Part shown: positions 26,850 to 39,705 of the stretch, in pieces
How positions within the stretch are numbered: the stretch's first letter is position 1
How the letters are laid out: each line of letters starts with the position of its first letter
Assembly: GCF_004010195.1 (NCBI RefSeq)
Contig: NC_057756.1
Coordinates: 777,805-839,804 of the forward strand
Length of the DNA: 62,000 nucleotides
Direction: 5' to 3'
Origin: Chiloscyllium plagiosum
Lineage: Eukaryota
Notes under the pieces: model-generated
What the model was told of the DNA's origin: nothing
Databases searched by the model: none
The model's input: only the letters and a program-made list of their open reading frames with translations
Made by a program: the position numbers and the translations under genes

Positions 26850-28175
26850 ATCAGGCCACTATCACCCACACTGCCCAGGTCCTCATTGCATCCAGTGATC
26901 TCTCCTCCACCGCCTCCAAGGTCATAGTCCTCCAGTCATAAACTACCTGGTTCTACCTGCTCCCCAAGATCCTGAAGCCGAAGTACTCTGATTGACCCAT
27001 TGTCTCCGCATGCTCCTGCTCCTCCAAACTCATTTTTTCCTACCTAGATTCCATCGTCTCCCTCTTGGTCCATGCAATTCCCACTAACATCCAGGACACA
27101 AATCATGCCATCCCCTGCTTTGGAAATTTCTAGTTACCTGGTGCCCAATGCTTCACATTCTTTGTGGACATACAGTCCATGACCCACAAACCCCGTCCAA
27201 ACATCATGAAGAGTGGATCCTCCTTCTCATCATTTACCACCCCAGTAGTGTACGCATTAAACATTTGATCTTCAAACACTTTGGCCATCTCCAACTAGGC
27301 CCCATCACTTAGAATCTCTTCCCCTCCCCAGCCTTCTCTGAAGTCCTCAAGGACCATTTCTTTTGCTAATCCTTGATTGCTACCACCTACCCCCCCCCCC
27401 CCCCCCCCCCCACCATCACCCTCCCCCACAACTAGCTGGTACCTTCTTCTGCAAATGTAATTGGTAAATGACCTGCCAGCACACCATGTCGCTCACTTCC
27501 ATCTAGTGGACCCAAGCAGTCCTTTCTGGTGAAACAGAGATTCATCTGCCTCTGCTCCAACCTAGTTTACAACACATGGTGCTCCTGATATGGTCTTCTC
27601 TACATTGGTAAGACCAAACGTAAAGAAAAGGCACATTTCCCTCAATATCTCAGCCTGGCCCATAAGGGACGGCCTAAACACCCGGTCACTGCCCATTCCA
27701 ATTCCCCTTCCCCTTCCTTCTCCGACATGCCCATCTTCATTCTCCGCTACTGCCACAGTGAATCAGACTACAAATTGACCAAACAACACTTCATCTTCCG
27801 TCTGGGCAGCTGTCAGCCAACATTGCATTGTCCAATTTCAAATAAGCTTCTGACCCATTCCCTGACTCCCTTTCCAGTTCCGCCTCCTCCTTTCAATCCC
27901 TCCAATAGCCCTTCCTTCCAGCTACGAAATCAGTTTATTTCTCTATCGACAACCAGATCGCACCTGTACTCACCTGTCACTACCTCACCACCTCCCCTCT
28001 CCCCACCCTTAACCTTTCCTCCTTTTCATTTGCAACTCGCTCCTACCCCACCTTCATCCCAGAGGAAGAGTTATACCCGAAACGTCGACTTCTCCGCCTC
28101 CTGATTCTGCCTGGCTTGCTGTGTTCTCCCAGCCTCCTGCTTGTCTACTTTGAATTTCAGCATCTGCAGTTGTCG
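26850..28175 (+). mobile_element. Decayed Neptune-type Penelope element with internal deletions
   Basis: FYLLPKI / PIVSACSC RT remnants, GIY-YIG remnant (CSNLVY...GLLYIGKT) and terminal cagcatctgcagt; paralog of 45515-49090. Confidence 0.85.
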
Positions 28176-29511
28176 TTAAAACCATAGCACCACAAGATAT
28201 AGGAACAGAAATTAGGAGTTCTCAGCTCTTTAGCTTTCATTCTAACATTTACATATGTTTGCACCATCTTTTTCTCTTTGGTTCCTGTCTCTTCTAATTC
28301 GCAATGCTGTATACAATTACACTATATTTGAAACAATAGTTCCGCTTTTGTGCAATCTTCCATTACAGGAAAATCGTGAAATAGTTGAGCGATCCATCAC
28401 AAAAGGGCCAGCATCACATTAAAGTTAATATGGGTCAAAATGTTTGCATTCTACTAATAACAGTCTAATTTCTTCATTCACATTAAAGGCAATTGCTTTG
28501 AAGATACGTGCATTATAGTAGAGGTCACTTGCATGTGTCTAATTATTTTCTGAATGCCTTAATTGTTTTTGTTTCTGCCATTCTTTCAGTTTGAAAGTTC
28601 TACACCCGCGTCACCGCCAAATGAAAATATTCCACTGCGTAAGACTGTGTCAACCCACCTCAATGTATCTATAATAAATCAATGTCGCTGTGTATAACCT
28701 TAAATCTAAACGTCAGGTAAAAGTCTGTTAATAATTTCCATTAGAAGCCCTCATAATATCGTTCTTTCCACTTTAGGTGTCACTCAAATTGCTGTTTTCT
28801 GTTAGTCTCCACAATATTTGTTCAAAACTAGCATTTTCTATCCAAGTCTGCACATTGCTTATCTCTTCTATTTCTCATACGTTTCTTAAAGTGGGGAGCA
28901 GAAAAATCAAAGTGCGTAACTACAGTTCCATATTGTTGCCGCTAATTATTTATCTATTTCCTTTAAGATTATGTAAGAAATGTAGATAGTTCTTTTGATG
29001 TTGATGTTGCTGCGTTTCCTTTGATATAAAATACTTCATGTCTCCCGCAAAGGTATGATTGCCAAAATATTGTGCTCAGAACATAGGCAAACAAATTGAT
29101 TATCAATCCATAAATCCAGATTGAAGGTGGTAATAACAGAAGAGATTTCTGCGACTTACGTGATGAAAAGGAAAATGAGTCCTCTAACATGATCATCCAT
29201 AGCTAGAGTCCAGAATATCCAGTTGAAAGTATATTATGTCAGAAAATCGTATTGGCTAATTCACACCGCTCCCTGCATGGTAGATGTGGACTTAATTCAA
29301 CAAGGTCAGATGCCATTGTAAAATACTCGCCAGTCTGATCTGTGGAAGAACTTGCAACTTGACCAGTGAAATGAATGTTCATCTGCTTCAACGCAAACTG
29401 TGACAGACGATGAAAAAAATACGTGTACAATTTTTGGGTCATCGTGAAAAGAAAGGGTAGTGAATCCAGTTTCTACAGTTTGTGTTGCGATTGCTGTTTG
29501 TCTATTTGCAG

Positions 29512-29547
29512 ATTTAAGCACTTGCCAAGAAACATTAAAAGAGTTAG
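29512..29547 (+). CDS. Microexon E9 (36 nt, CQE class): DLSTCQETLKEL
   Basis: tttgtctatttgcag|ATTTAAGCACTTGCCAAGAAACATTAAAAGAGTTAG|gtgagt. Confidence 0.88.
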
Positions 29548-30004
29548 GTGAGTAAAGTGTTTTCTTTTAAGATTGCATCTTGCATTTCCCTCAAATTAAT
29601 TTTCTATTAACTTGTAAGGAAGAATTGTCAGAGTAATACAGAAAAATTCAGTAGCGAAAATTTAATATTGAATTGATACTATAAACTAGACATTTTTTAA
29701 CTGTTAGATCTCCAATCTTTATCCAATGATTAGTTATTCTTCGAAATAACATTCCAGTCGAGGTTCAAACTTTTGTATTTTAAATGAAGCTGCAAAAAAA
29801 CTTTACAAAAGCAATATATAAGAACATTATTGGAAAAATGATAAAGAGCCGCGTTGCACATTGATATTTGATAATAATACAATGTACGCTACAGCTAATG
29901 GACCAAAGTATCACGCAGACAAAAGAAGCAAATAGTGGTCTCACATGTTGATTTCTTTAATGCCCACACTTTTATTTTCTGTTTTGCGTTTAATTCCACA
30001 ACAG

Positions 30005-30031
30005 AAAGAAAACTCAAAGACAAAGAAAAAG
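30005..30031 (+). CDS. Microexon E10 (27 nt, class K): ERKLKDKEK
   Basis: taattccacaacag|AAAGAAAACTCAAAGACAAAGAAAAAG|gtagtt. Confidence 0.82.
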
Positions 30032-30979
30032 GTAGTTAGATAAGTAATTTTGGCAATACGTCGCAGATCTGTAAATGTTTTTTTATAATTGCTGTAATGT
30101 TTTCAGGCATATTTTGAGCAAATACAAATTATACGAAATATTCTGTCAGAGTTAGAAATCAACATACCTCATTAATATTTTAGATTAAAGAGGAAACAGC
30201 AAGTATGAGAAATTTCTAAACTAAGGGACCATAATATAATATTGTAACTACTTAACTCACCAAGAAATCAAGACAGTATTTTACGCTCATGGGATATGGA
30301 ATGACTGTTAATCAGTACAACAGTCTAGCTAAAAGTTGGATGAACTTAGAGGAATTTTATTAAAATAAAACTATCGAACTTCACGAATTTTCACATATAT
30401 TAAAGTATAATTTCATCTTCAAATACTACATTTTAATATTTCTTCCATATTTCAAACTCCTGAACATATGATGGACATCTCATGCACACTATGCTGTCCT
30501 GAACATTGACTGAAATGGAAGGATGTGCTGTGGTGCATAATTACTAGCAATTATTGACAACTACTATTTGCGATGAATCAACATGAAACACAACTGCATT
30601 ACTGTCTATTTAGAGATAATTTTGTTTACTTAAAGCTAACGACAAAAAATACATTAGGTGTCCTAAGAACAACCACGTGATAACCAGGTTTTATTCCCGC
30701 TGAAAAAAAATGTTGAGGTGAAGGTTCACTTTAAAGTGACAAATTAATTTCTAAAATTTTCCAAATGATGTGCATGTACGCCACACACACAAGCATACAC
30801 ACATGCATGCACGCGCACCCTCCCCCACAAATGTACATTTGCTTGTGTGTATAATTGCCCAGCAATTCGCAAATGAAATGCCATTATTCTACTATATCAG
30901 AGCATAGCATAATTCAATTCGATTAGAGTCATTTTCGTTTTTAAGCAATATTCCTTCGTGTGGTTTAGATATCGGTACT

Positions 30980-31310
30980 GTTTGAAGTCTTTTCCTTGGG
31001 ATGCGGGATTTAAAATCGAGGGGACACATTTTTAAGGTGAGGCAAGAGAGATTTAAAAAGACATGACGGGCAATTGTTTTTTTGGGCACAGAGTGGTTCA
31101 CCTAGGGAATGACCTTCTTGAGGAAGTGTTGGTGCGGTCCCAACTACAATGTTTAAAAGAGATTTCGATAAATTCATGGCCAGAAAAGGTTTTGAGGGAT
31201 ATGGGTCAGGAGCAGACAGATGGGACCTGTTTAGATTGGAATTATGTTTGGCATGTACTGGTTGGACCAACAGGTCCGTTTCCTTTCTGTATAACACAAG
31301 GATTCTATAA
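30980..31310 (+). mobile_element. CR1 LINE 3' fragment
   Basis: RGHIFKV..ERFKRD..GN.FF..RVV..WN-like translation. Confidence 0.8.
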
Positions 31311-31544
31311 AAGCGATGACTTAATTTATTCATGAATATTTAACATTGTGGTATGCGTTGAGTAAATGAACTTTATTTTTCATTGATTTCTTTAATTTCG
31401 TGCATAGTGTGACTGACTCCAACCAATAAATAAAAGAAAAATCAACATACCTCGTTGATTATCTGAAACAGGTGGAAAAATAAAACATAAACGCGATAAT
31501 ATCTGTTAACAAGTGTTCCTTTGTGGTTCTCGTTTGTAATCCAG

Positions 31545-31580
31545 AACTAAGCAAGTGTCAAGAAAATGCACAGGAACTAC
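31545..31580 (+). CDS. Microexon E11 (36 nt, CQE class): ELSKCQENAQEL
   Basis: ctcgtttgtaatccag|AACTAAGCAAGTGTCAAGAAAATGCACAGGAACTAC|gtaagc. Confidence 0.88.
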
Positions 31581-32729
31581 GTAAGCGGAAACTTTTTTTT
31601 CAATGGATTGTTGTTCTAAATGTTTGTCAAGCCCCCATATAAAGTATAAAACATCTTAAATATCCGGCAGAAGCCTAGTGCATTGTGCAAATGTAGGTTT
31701 TGCAACTTCGAAGAAAAAAACAGATTAGGAATGCCAACATGAAAATTTACGAGTGGTAGAAATCACTGATCACAATTCCAGCGCAGTCATTCATAAGTAA
31801 GTAAGCATCATATACACACACTAGTTATGCAACCTACAATAGCTCTGAGTGGTCAAACAGTTTTGGCTGTTGGAACAAACTTGGGTGGCTGCAATGTTGC
31901 TAATATTTACTGGCTGAGATGACATTTACACACATTGTGCACAATAGCGTTTCTAATCTTAGACCTATGGTACCTTAATTTCGATCTAACAGCTCTGCTT
32001 CTGTCATTCTGTGATGTCAGAGAAATTCAATGACCTTCATAACCCCACACGAAGGACACTTATGTTCTCCTTGCCACATGCACAGAGTATTTTTTTAAAT
32101 TCACTCATAACTGTTCTATGCTTGAAGATGCCAATTGTGTTTTATAACTTGTTGAGGAAGTATTCTATCAGGTTTGGGAACAGCAATGAATTCCGATAGG
32201 TGGTCTTTTCCTCTTAAGAGGAAAAAAAAGCATGAGACACATTTGGTTTTAAATATATGAAAACATGTCGCTACATTTTATTAAGTTGTGAACTTTAGCC
32301 ACTTAATGTTGGAATAGATCAGGCTGAAAATGATTCGTCGTTGAAGAAATATTATCTAGTCTCCCACAATTTGAATGCATTTTCTTTAAACTGAAATATC
32401 TCTGTCGGGGAGAGTATGTAATTGTTAGTACAAATGCATTGCTATGAAGGTTGGTGTTCTAAAATTGGATCTAATTCGAATTATAGGTAAAGACAAATGT
32501 TCGGAAGTATGCCCTTTGTTTGCGCTTGGCAAAATCAAGATAAAACAAGCCCCCCTAACTGTTAAAAGAACAACAATTTGACACATTTGTGATTTTTTTT
32601 TCAGAATTTATAACTGTCTCCATGTAGAGAGCAAATTCTTAGCTACTCACATTTAGAAGAATTATTTGAATTGCAAGTATCTCTTATAATTATCTTATTG
32701 CTCTAATACGTACTTCATGTTGTTAACAG

Positions 32730-32744
32730 AAAAAGTAAAGAAAG
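32730..32744 (+). CDS. Microexon E12 (15 nt): QKVKK
   Basis: ttcatgttgttaacag|AAAAAGTAAAGAAAG|gtaggt; occupies the same block position as E8. Confidence 0.62.
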
Positions 32745-33263
32745 GTAGGTGAATTCATGTGTTGTAAATTCAATTATGTTATGAAGTTAAAGTCATGTAT
32801 TGCACCTTTAAGAGAGTGTGTATATTGTTCTGAACTGAGAGATTATAAACACTTGCTTATATGAGTAGACGGCAGTATCAGAGTGGATTGGAAATTTGAA
32901 AATATGTCACATTTGCTTGTGAAATGGAGCCCTGAGGTAGTTGCTGTTTTGACACCAGTTCGAATTTAACGAATCATTTAAAATTATTATTTAAATCATT
33001 CATTATTTAACCAACATTGAACCAATCATCAGGCAAGTTGCAGCGTGTTGCGCCCATAGGTTTTTGCAAGGTTTGTGAAGGTTTGTAGCTCAGGTTGACG
33101 ATCCGATGTTGGAGAAAAAATGCAGAGATTTTGAAAATTGCAAGAAATTAGGAAACTGTCTGTAGTAGAGGTACCTTTTCATATGAAACATATTCACAGA
33201 AAAACACAAACCAGGGAGATCTTCAGCCAGAAGAAAGCAGACACTGAAGACAACAGTAGCTGT

Positions 33264-33879
33264 AGGGTGTAGGTTTGCCCGCTGAGCTGTAGATTTGATA
33301 CCAGACGTTTCATTACCTGGCTAGGTAACATCATCAGTGGCGATCTCCAAGTGAAGTGAAGCTGTTGTCTCCTGCTTTCTATTTATATCTTTTTCCTGGA
33401 TGGGGTTTCTTAAACATTCATGCAGAAAGTACAGTTGTTCGCGGGTGGAACTCTCTCGGATGGCATTCCTTTCCCATCATCAGGCAAGTTGCAGCGTGTT
33501 GCGCCCATAGGTTTTTGCAAGGTTTGTGAAGGTTTGTAGCTCAGGTTGAGGTTTAGGGTGAAGGTTTGCTCGCTGAGCTGTAGGTTTGATATCCAGACGT
33601 TTCATTACCTTGCTAGGTAACATCATCAGTGGCGACCTCCAAGTGAAGCGAAGCTGTTGCCTCCTGCTTTCTACTTATATCTTTCTCCTGGATGGGGAGA
33701 GAGGGGAGAAAGATATAAATAGGAAGCAGGAGACAACAGATTCGCTTCACTTGGAGGTCGCCACTGATGATGTTACCTAGCCACGTAATGAAACATCTAG
33801 ATCTCAAACCTACAGCTCAGCGAGCAAACCTATACCTGAAACCTCAACCTGAGCTGCAAACCTTCATAAACCTTGCAAA
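33264..33879. mobile_element. Penelope pLTR array: two tandem copies plus one inverted copy, each with a hammerhead core
   Basis: 33515-33697 and 33704-33879 form an inverted repeat of about 180 bp; 33264-33405 is a direct partial copy; flanked by 12-bp direct repeat aacagtagctgt (33252-33263, 33880-33891). Confidence 0.88.
33764..33794 (+). ncRNA. Hammerhead ribozyme core (Penelope pLTR type)
   Basis: CTGATGA tgttacc tagcca cgtaat GAAAC; minus-strand copies at 8777-8807, 33307-33337 and 33599-33629. Confidence 0.7.
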
Positions 33880-34512
33880 AACAGTAGCTGTGTGGTTTTG
33901 AAATTAAGTTAATGCAATTTTTAATAATCGTCTTATTGCAACAGCGTATTGTTATAGAGTTTGAGGCAGATTTCAAGCAGTTAAGAGGAAGGGGGGTGGG
34001 CTTAAAGTTGTGAATAGTTGCTATTTAATTTTCACTTTTATAGTTAAAATTTAAATTAATGTTATTTTTGTTAAACTAGTGAAATTTGTGGAGTTCTCTG
34101 TTACTCATATTTTAACATTGCAAAACGAGATGAGCTTTTCTGGTTTTTTGGTTTAATTAACAAAGGGGTTCTCTGCTGTATCGTAAATATGATAAAATAG
34201 TGAGTCAATCATTTTGCTCAAAACAAAATCTGCAATGAGATCGAGCAAGACAACCAAGGCATTACAGCAACAAAGTCTGGAATGGAAATAGCAGATGAAC
34301 ATATTAGTGATATCTCCAGATCAGTGGCTGGGGTCTCTGGAATAAATAGGAACGTAATAATATTCTGGAACCCGCCATAAGTATTAGTAATGCAGATGTA
34401 AATTTGTACAGGGCCAAGCTGTTCGAGTGCAAATCCACTGCGTCAATGACAATATTGAAAGGTACCCAGATATATCCTTACTCCCAAAAGTGAATGAATA
34501 AATTCGGATAAA

Positions 34513-34821
34513 TGGGGCAGCACGGTGGCTCAGTGGTTAGCGCTGCTGCCTCACAGCACAGGGACCTGGTTTTAATTCCAGCTTCGGGTGACTGTCTGTA
34601 GATTTTGCACATTCTCCCTTTGTCTGTGTGGGGTTTCTCCAGGTGCTACAATTTCCTCCCTCAATGCAAGATGTGCAGATCAGGTGAATTGGCCCATGCT
34701 AAATTGCCCATGTGTTAGGTGCATTTGTTAGGGGGAATGGGTCTGGTCGGTTGACTCTTCAGAGGGTCAGCGAGGACTTGTTGGGCTGAATGGGCTGTTT
34801 CCACACTGTGGGGAATCTAAA
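34513..34821 (+). mobile_element. HE1/V-SINE-type SINE, full length
   Basis: ggggcagcacggtggctcagtggttagc head; ccacactgtggggaatcta tail. Confidence 0.9.
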
Positions 34822-35339
34822 CTAATACTGTAACATCAGAATTATCTCAGCGACCAGGTTGTGGTCAATATTGTGGTCCAGCAACACATCCTCAAAAAAG
34901 ACTGGCCACTTCTGTTAGTTTTGCCCGCCATCATGACCATTCAGTCTTTATTTAATTTCTTGAATAGCAATGCGGGTGTTTGAAAGGCTGCCAAGTCGTG
35001 GAGGTAACATGTATCTGAATGAAACGTCACAGTTAGATTCTAAAACTGAAATCACTGGGAACGAGGCCAAAGCTCTATACGTGTTAAATTCTAACTAGTG
35101 CAGTACAAATTGGTGTCATTGTTGGACGTCAATTAACTCAGCATCATAATATCGCTGCCTGCAATCTTCACAGTAATGACCTGAGCCCTAATATCTACAA
35201 ACACTGAAATAACTAACCTCCTCTTCACTACAGAGTTAGAAGTAGCATTTCAACAACGTTCAACTCCGTTTGGTATCACAAGCAGCTGGGATCAAGGGAA
35301 CCCCTGTAGATATATAGGAGAGACAGGAGTTGACTGAAG

Positions 35340-36950
35340 AAAGAAATATTGAGGGCGAAAAGGGGGCACGAGATAGCCTTGGCTGAGAAGATCAATCTAA
35401 AGAGATTCCTTAAGTACATTAAAGGAAAAAAAAGTAACTGGACAGAGAAAAGGGTCCTTCAGGGACAAAAATGAACATGCATGTGTAAAAACACAGGTGA
35501 TGGTCGAGGTTCTCAATGAATATTTCTCCTTTGTATTTACCATGAATAAAGACATGAAGACTTGGGAGGTTGTAGACGTTAGTGGTGATATCTTGGCACC
35601 GTCCATATCAAGGTAGAGGAGGTGTTGACTATATTAGAATGTATTGAAAGTTGGATGAATGTCCTGGTCCTGACCAGACATATCCAAGAACTCTGCAGGA
35701 GGCTGTATAAGAAATTATGGGTGCCCTGGCTGATATATTTGCATCATCTTTAGCCATGAGTGTGGTCCCAGAAGACTAGAGGGTAACGAACCTAGTGCCC
35801 TTTGTCAAGAAAATAAAACAATCTGGGAACTATCGAACATTAAGCCTATGGTAGGTACATTAGATTACTTACAGAGTGGGAACGGGCCCTTTGGGCCAAC
35901 AAGTCCACACCGACCCTCCGGAGAGCAACCCACCCAGACGCATATCTCTACATTTGTCCCTTCACCTAACACTACGCATTGTCAATTCATCTAATATGCA
36001 CATTTTTGGATTGTGGGAGGAAACCGAAGCACCCAGAGGAAGCCCACGCCGGCATGGGGAGAAATGTACAAACTCACAGACAGTTGCCTGAGGCGGGAAT
36101 TGAACCCAGATCTCTTGCACCTTGAGGCAGCAGTGCTAACCACTATGCCGTCTCAGGCAACTACCTGTTTGGAGTTTGCACATTTCTCCCCCTGTATGCG
36201 TGGGTTTCTTTTGGGTGCTCCGGGTGGAAAGTCAGATCAAGGCAGGAGCCCCATGGTGAATGGTAGAGCCTTAAGGAATGTAATGAACCAGACGGACCTT
36301 AAAGTTCAGGTGTATGTTTCACTGAAACCGGAGTCAAAATTAGACAGAGCGGTGAAGAAGACTTTTCGCAAACTGGCCCTCATCATTCAGGGCACTAAGC
36401 ATATAAGTTAGAGTATAAAACTCTAACATATTCCAGTATTGCAGGACTTGGAGTATTGTATTCAGTTTTAGTCACCTTGCTATAGGAAGTTACTTATTAA
36501 ACTGGAAATATTGCGAAAGAAATTTACAAGGATGTTGCCAGGACTCAATGGTCTGAGTTATAGGGAGAGGTTGGACAAACTAGGACTTCTTTCTTGAGAA
36601 TTTACGACACTGAGGGGCATCTTCGAGAAGTGTATAAGATCATGAGGGGCATGCATAGACTGAATACACTCAGTATTTTTCCCAGGGTTGGTAAATGAAG
36701 GACTAGAGGTAAGTGGATTAATGTTAGAGAGAAAGAATAAAATAGAGGGGCATTTTTTTTTATACAGAGGGTGGGACGTACATGAGCAGACAGTGGAAGT
36801 AGTTAAGGAGGGTAGATGAGTTACATTCAATAAAACCTGGACAAATGCATGAATCGTTTAGAAAGATTTGGGCCAAGTGCTGGAAAATGAGATTAGCGTT
36901 GATGAACATTTTGGTTAGCATGGACCAGTTTAGGCCAAAGAGCTTGTCTC
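35340..36950 (+). mobile_element. CR1 LINE fragments interrupted by SINEs
   Basis: CR1 ORF2 motifs (PGPDQ.YPR.L; GVVPED; GNYR) at 35340-35850 and a 3' part at 36225-36950. Confidence 0.8.
35860..36222 (-). mobile_element. HE1/V-SINE (minus, 35860-36150) abutting a partial plus-strand copy
   Basis: Family sequence identity. Confidence 0.85.
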
Positions 36951-37199
36951 CATTCTCTCCGGCAATATGCAAATGACCTGGATAATATTCGTAAGATAGT
37001 GATTGAGGGCAAACAATATCCATGTCACTGAATTGCAAGCAATGTCTGTTGCCAATAATGGATCATTTTGTCACTACCAAGAACCACAATTCACTACTAT
37101 TATCATCGTTGGATTAACTACACGAAGACACTGAGTTCTTAATCTGCACCATCAAAAATGGAAATCTATCACAGCTGGTAGGACAGTAATAGCAGAAAT

Positions 37200-37735
37200 T
37201 CATTCGGCCAATTTTTGGAACATTGTGTGCAGTTCTGGTCTCCGTCCTGGAGGAAGGATATTGTAAAACTTGAAAGGGTTCAGGAAAGATTTACAAGCAT
37301 GTCGCCTGGTTGGAGCGTTTGAGTGATAGAATGAGGCTGAAAAGGCTGAGGCTGTCTTCTCTGAAGCGTCGGAGTCTGAAGGGTGAAATCATGGAGTTTT
37401 ATAAAATCATGAATGGTATGGATAGCATAAATAGAGAAGGTATTTTCCCTGGGTTGGGGGAGTCAAGAGCTCGGGGTCATAAGTTTAAGGTGATAGGGGA
37501 AAGATTTACAAGGGATTTAAGGGACAACTTTTTCACCAAAGAGTAGTGCATGTATGGAATGAGCTTACAGACGGTGTGGTGGGGTATGGCACAATTACAA
37601 CATTTAAATGCTTCTACATGGGTATATGAATATAAAAGATTTAGAGGGATATGGACCATGTTCTGGAAAACTGATATTTGGTTGGCATGAACGGGTCTGT
37701 TCCATGCAGTACATCTCTACGAATCTATGTCTCTC
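37200..37735 (+). mobile_element. CR1 LINE 3' fragment
   Basis: ORF 37310-37546 (LKRRSLKGE.MEFYKIMNG...RGHKFKV..ERF.RDLR.NFFT). Confidence 0.88.
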
Positions 37736-37839
37736 TAATGCACGTCTTCTAAACTCCATTCCAAGTGCCATGCAGCCATGACATTGTAATGCTGCTCCTT
37801 CATTGTCGATGGGTTAAAAACATCTAATGTGTTTTCTAG

Positions 37840-37965
37840 GTAAAAACAATGACTGCAGATGCTGGAAACCAGATTCTGGATTAGTGGTGCTGGAAGAGCA
37901 CAGCAGTTCAGGCAGCATCCAAGAAGCAGCGAAATCAACGTTTCGGGCAAAAGCCCCTCATCATG
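37840..37965 (-). mobile_element. Neptune Penelope terminal repeat with degenerate hammerhead
   Basis: Matches 45515-45640; flanked by direct repeat atgtgttttctag. Confidence 0.8.
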
Positions 37966-38725
37966 TGTTTTCTAGCTGAACACTGGATGTTACTGTTGTC
38001 ATGGTCTGTACTCGTTTCAGAAGGTGCCATATAATAACTTATCCTGTGTCAATTATTTATGAAGCATCAGTTATGAGCTCGTCCGAGCCGACTAATTCTA
38101 AGAAATAATCAATTTTAGTCATTGTAACAATAACTTATACCGGTATAACAATTTGGTCTTCTGTCTTTTTAGGTTGGGGTTCGATGTTTGTCACATAATG
38201 CCAAGTTGAATGGACTTTCAATATTTTAATAATATCGGCAAAATATAAATTTATTTGGATGATTTATTTTAATTATGTGCTCTGTTGATATTTGCATCAA
38301 TGTTCTTGTAGTTTTCGTGTATGCACCTCCGTGCGGGTGGGTAGATGACTTCAGTGAATTGACACTTCAGTACCAGATCATTATGTCGTCCGAAAGGGAA
38401 CAAAACAAATAACTATTGATGCTGGAGATCTAAAATAAAAACATACATCGATGGAATGAAAATCAGCTGGTCATGCAGAATCTGTCTGGAGAAAGCAGAA
38501 ATAATATTGCGAAACCAATGACCCTTCATCAGATAAATATTAACCCATCTTTGTCCCTGCAGATGATACGACAACCTCAGAGCTTCATCGTTATGTTCCT
38601 TCTTTAAGATTTTGCATATTGTTTCTTTTTGGTTGTTAAATAATAATGTGTAATGTTGTATTTTGGTGATGAAATTCTTTCCTGTGAACATCATAAGTTT
38701 TGATAATCCATTGCTTCCATTACAG

Positions 38726-38761
38726 CGCTAATTGAATGTCAGGAATTGCTAAACGATACAG
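38726..38761 (+). CDS. Microexon E13 (36 nt, CQE class): ALIECQELLNDT
   Basis: ttgcttccattacag|CGCTAATTGAATGTCAGGAATTGCTAAACGATACAG|gtaagc. Confidence 0.88.
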
Positions 38762-39084
38762 GTAAGCAAAGCTCGTAGATTTTCTGGGGAATTAGTTCAA
38801 CTGCGATCAAAAAAATCTTCAGACTGCATGCAGTGCCAGAGTGTGTCCAACTGTGATTGTCTAAATTTTTAAAGGGAAGTATTGCAGTCTCCGAAGTCCA
38901 CAAGTATAAGATTTACATAATTGCAATTGTTGAATGACACTGCTCAGCCACGATAATGCTAGCCAGTGTGGAATCACATTGTTTTAACACGAAATGTCGT
39001 ACATTACAATTCAAATGTGCCAACAGATTTAATAATTCGATTGTTTTCATACTCTAAAGTTTGCATTTCTCTCGTCTGCATCAG

Positions 39085-39111
39085 AAGAGAATATCCGCCA
39101 GAAGGAAAAAG
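39085..39111 (+). CDS. Microexon E14 (27 nt, class K): EENIRQKEK
   Basis: ttctctcgtctgcatcag|AAGAGAATATCCGCCAGAAGGAAAAAG|gtatta. Confidence 0.83.
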
Positions 39112-39669
39112 GTATTAAATTCTTGAGAAAAGGCACAGAATATTGATCATTCCTTTCTCATGCTTCATTCACCTATTTTGTTTAGCGATGTCTTATTTTA
39201 GATGTTGCTTTCTACATGTATATTAGAAACATTGATAGTGAAAGGAATATGTGAAATGCCTCCTCAGTTTAGGCATAAAGGCATGCTTATGTGTGGGCAT
39301 GGATTGCAGCAAGTTGGATATATTTATGAATCTAAGGGAATCACATAAATCCAATAATGGAGGAGGCCACGACACTTTAATGAACAACACATCGACTGTA
39401 GATGTCTTTATTGCAGCGAGTGAACTGTGAAATTGTGAAGGCATATTTACACAAAACGTGTTTGGACAGATCAAGACTTACCACATACATGTCAATTATG
39501 ACATCATTTAAAAACTATGATGGCAGGTCAGTGGGTGCAGTATGAAAATGCATGTATAGTAGTTGAATGAACTTTTCACATCTGAAAAATGCATCCAGCA
39601 GTAACAGTATTGGGTAAAAAAAGTGTATTTGAAACATAATTACGTAATTCATCCATATTTGAATTTCAG

Positions 39670-39705
39670 AACTTAAGAAATGTGAAGAATCATTAAGTGA
39701 CAGAG
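39670..39705 (+). CDS. Microexon E15 (36 nt, CQE class): ELKKCEESLSDR
   Basis: tttgaatttcag|AACTTAAGAAATGTGAAGAATCATTAAGTGACAGAG|gtacat. Confidence 0.85.

Larger units (their letters stand above)
32777..34188. mobile_element. Probable solo LTR interrupted by Penelope insertions
   Basis: Begins tgttatgaag and ends ggggttc..gtatcgtaaa; host sequence is continuous across the direct repeat aacagtagctgt. Confidence 0.4.

Noticed and set aside
28590..28638. 49-nt segment with a good acceptor and gtaaga donor
   Set aside because: Not a multiple of 3, has an immediate TGA in phase 1, and is Pro-rich unlike the array.
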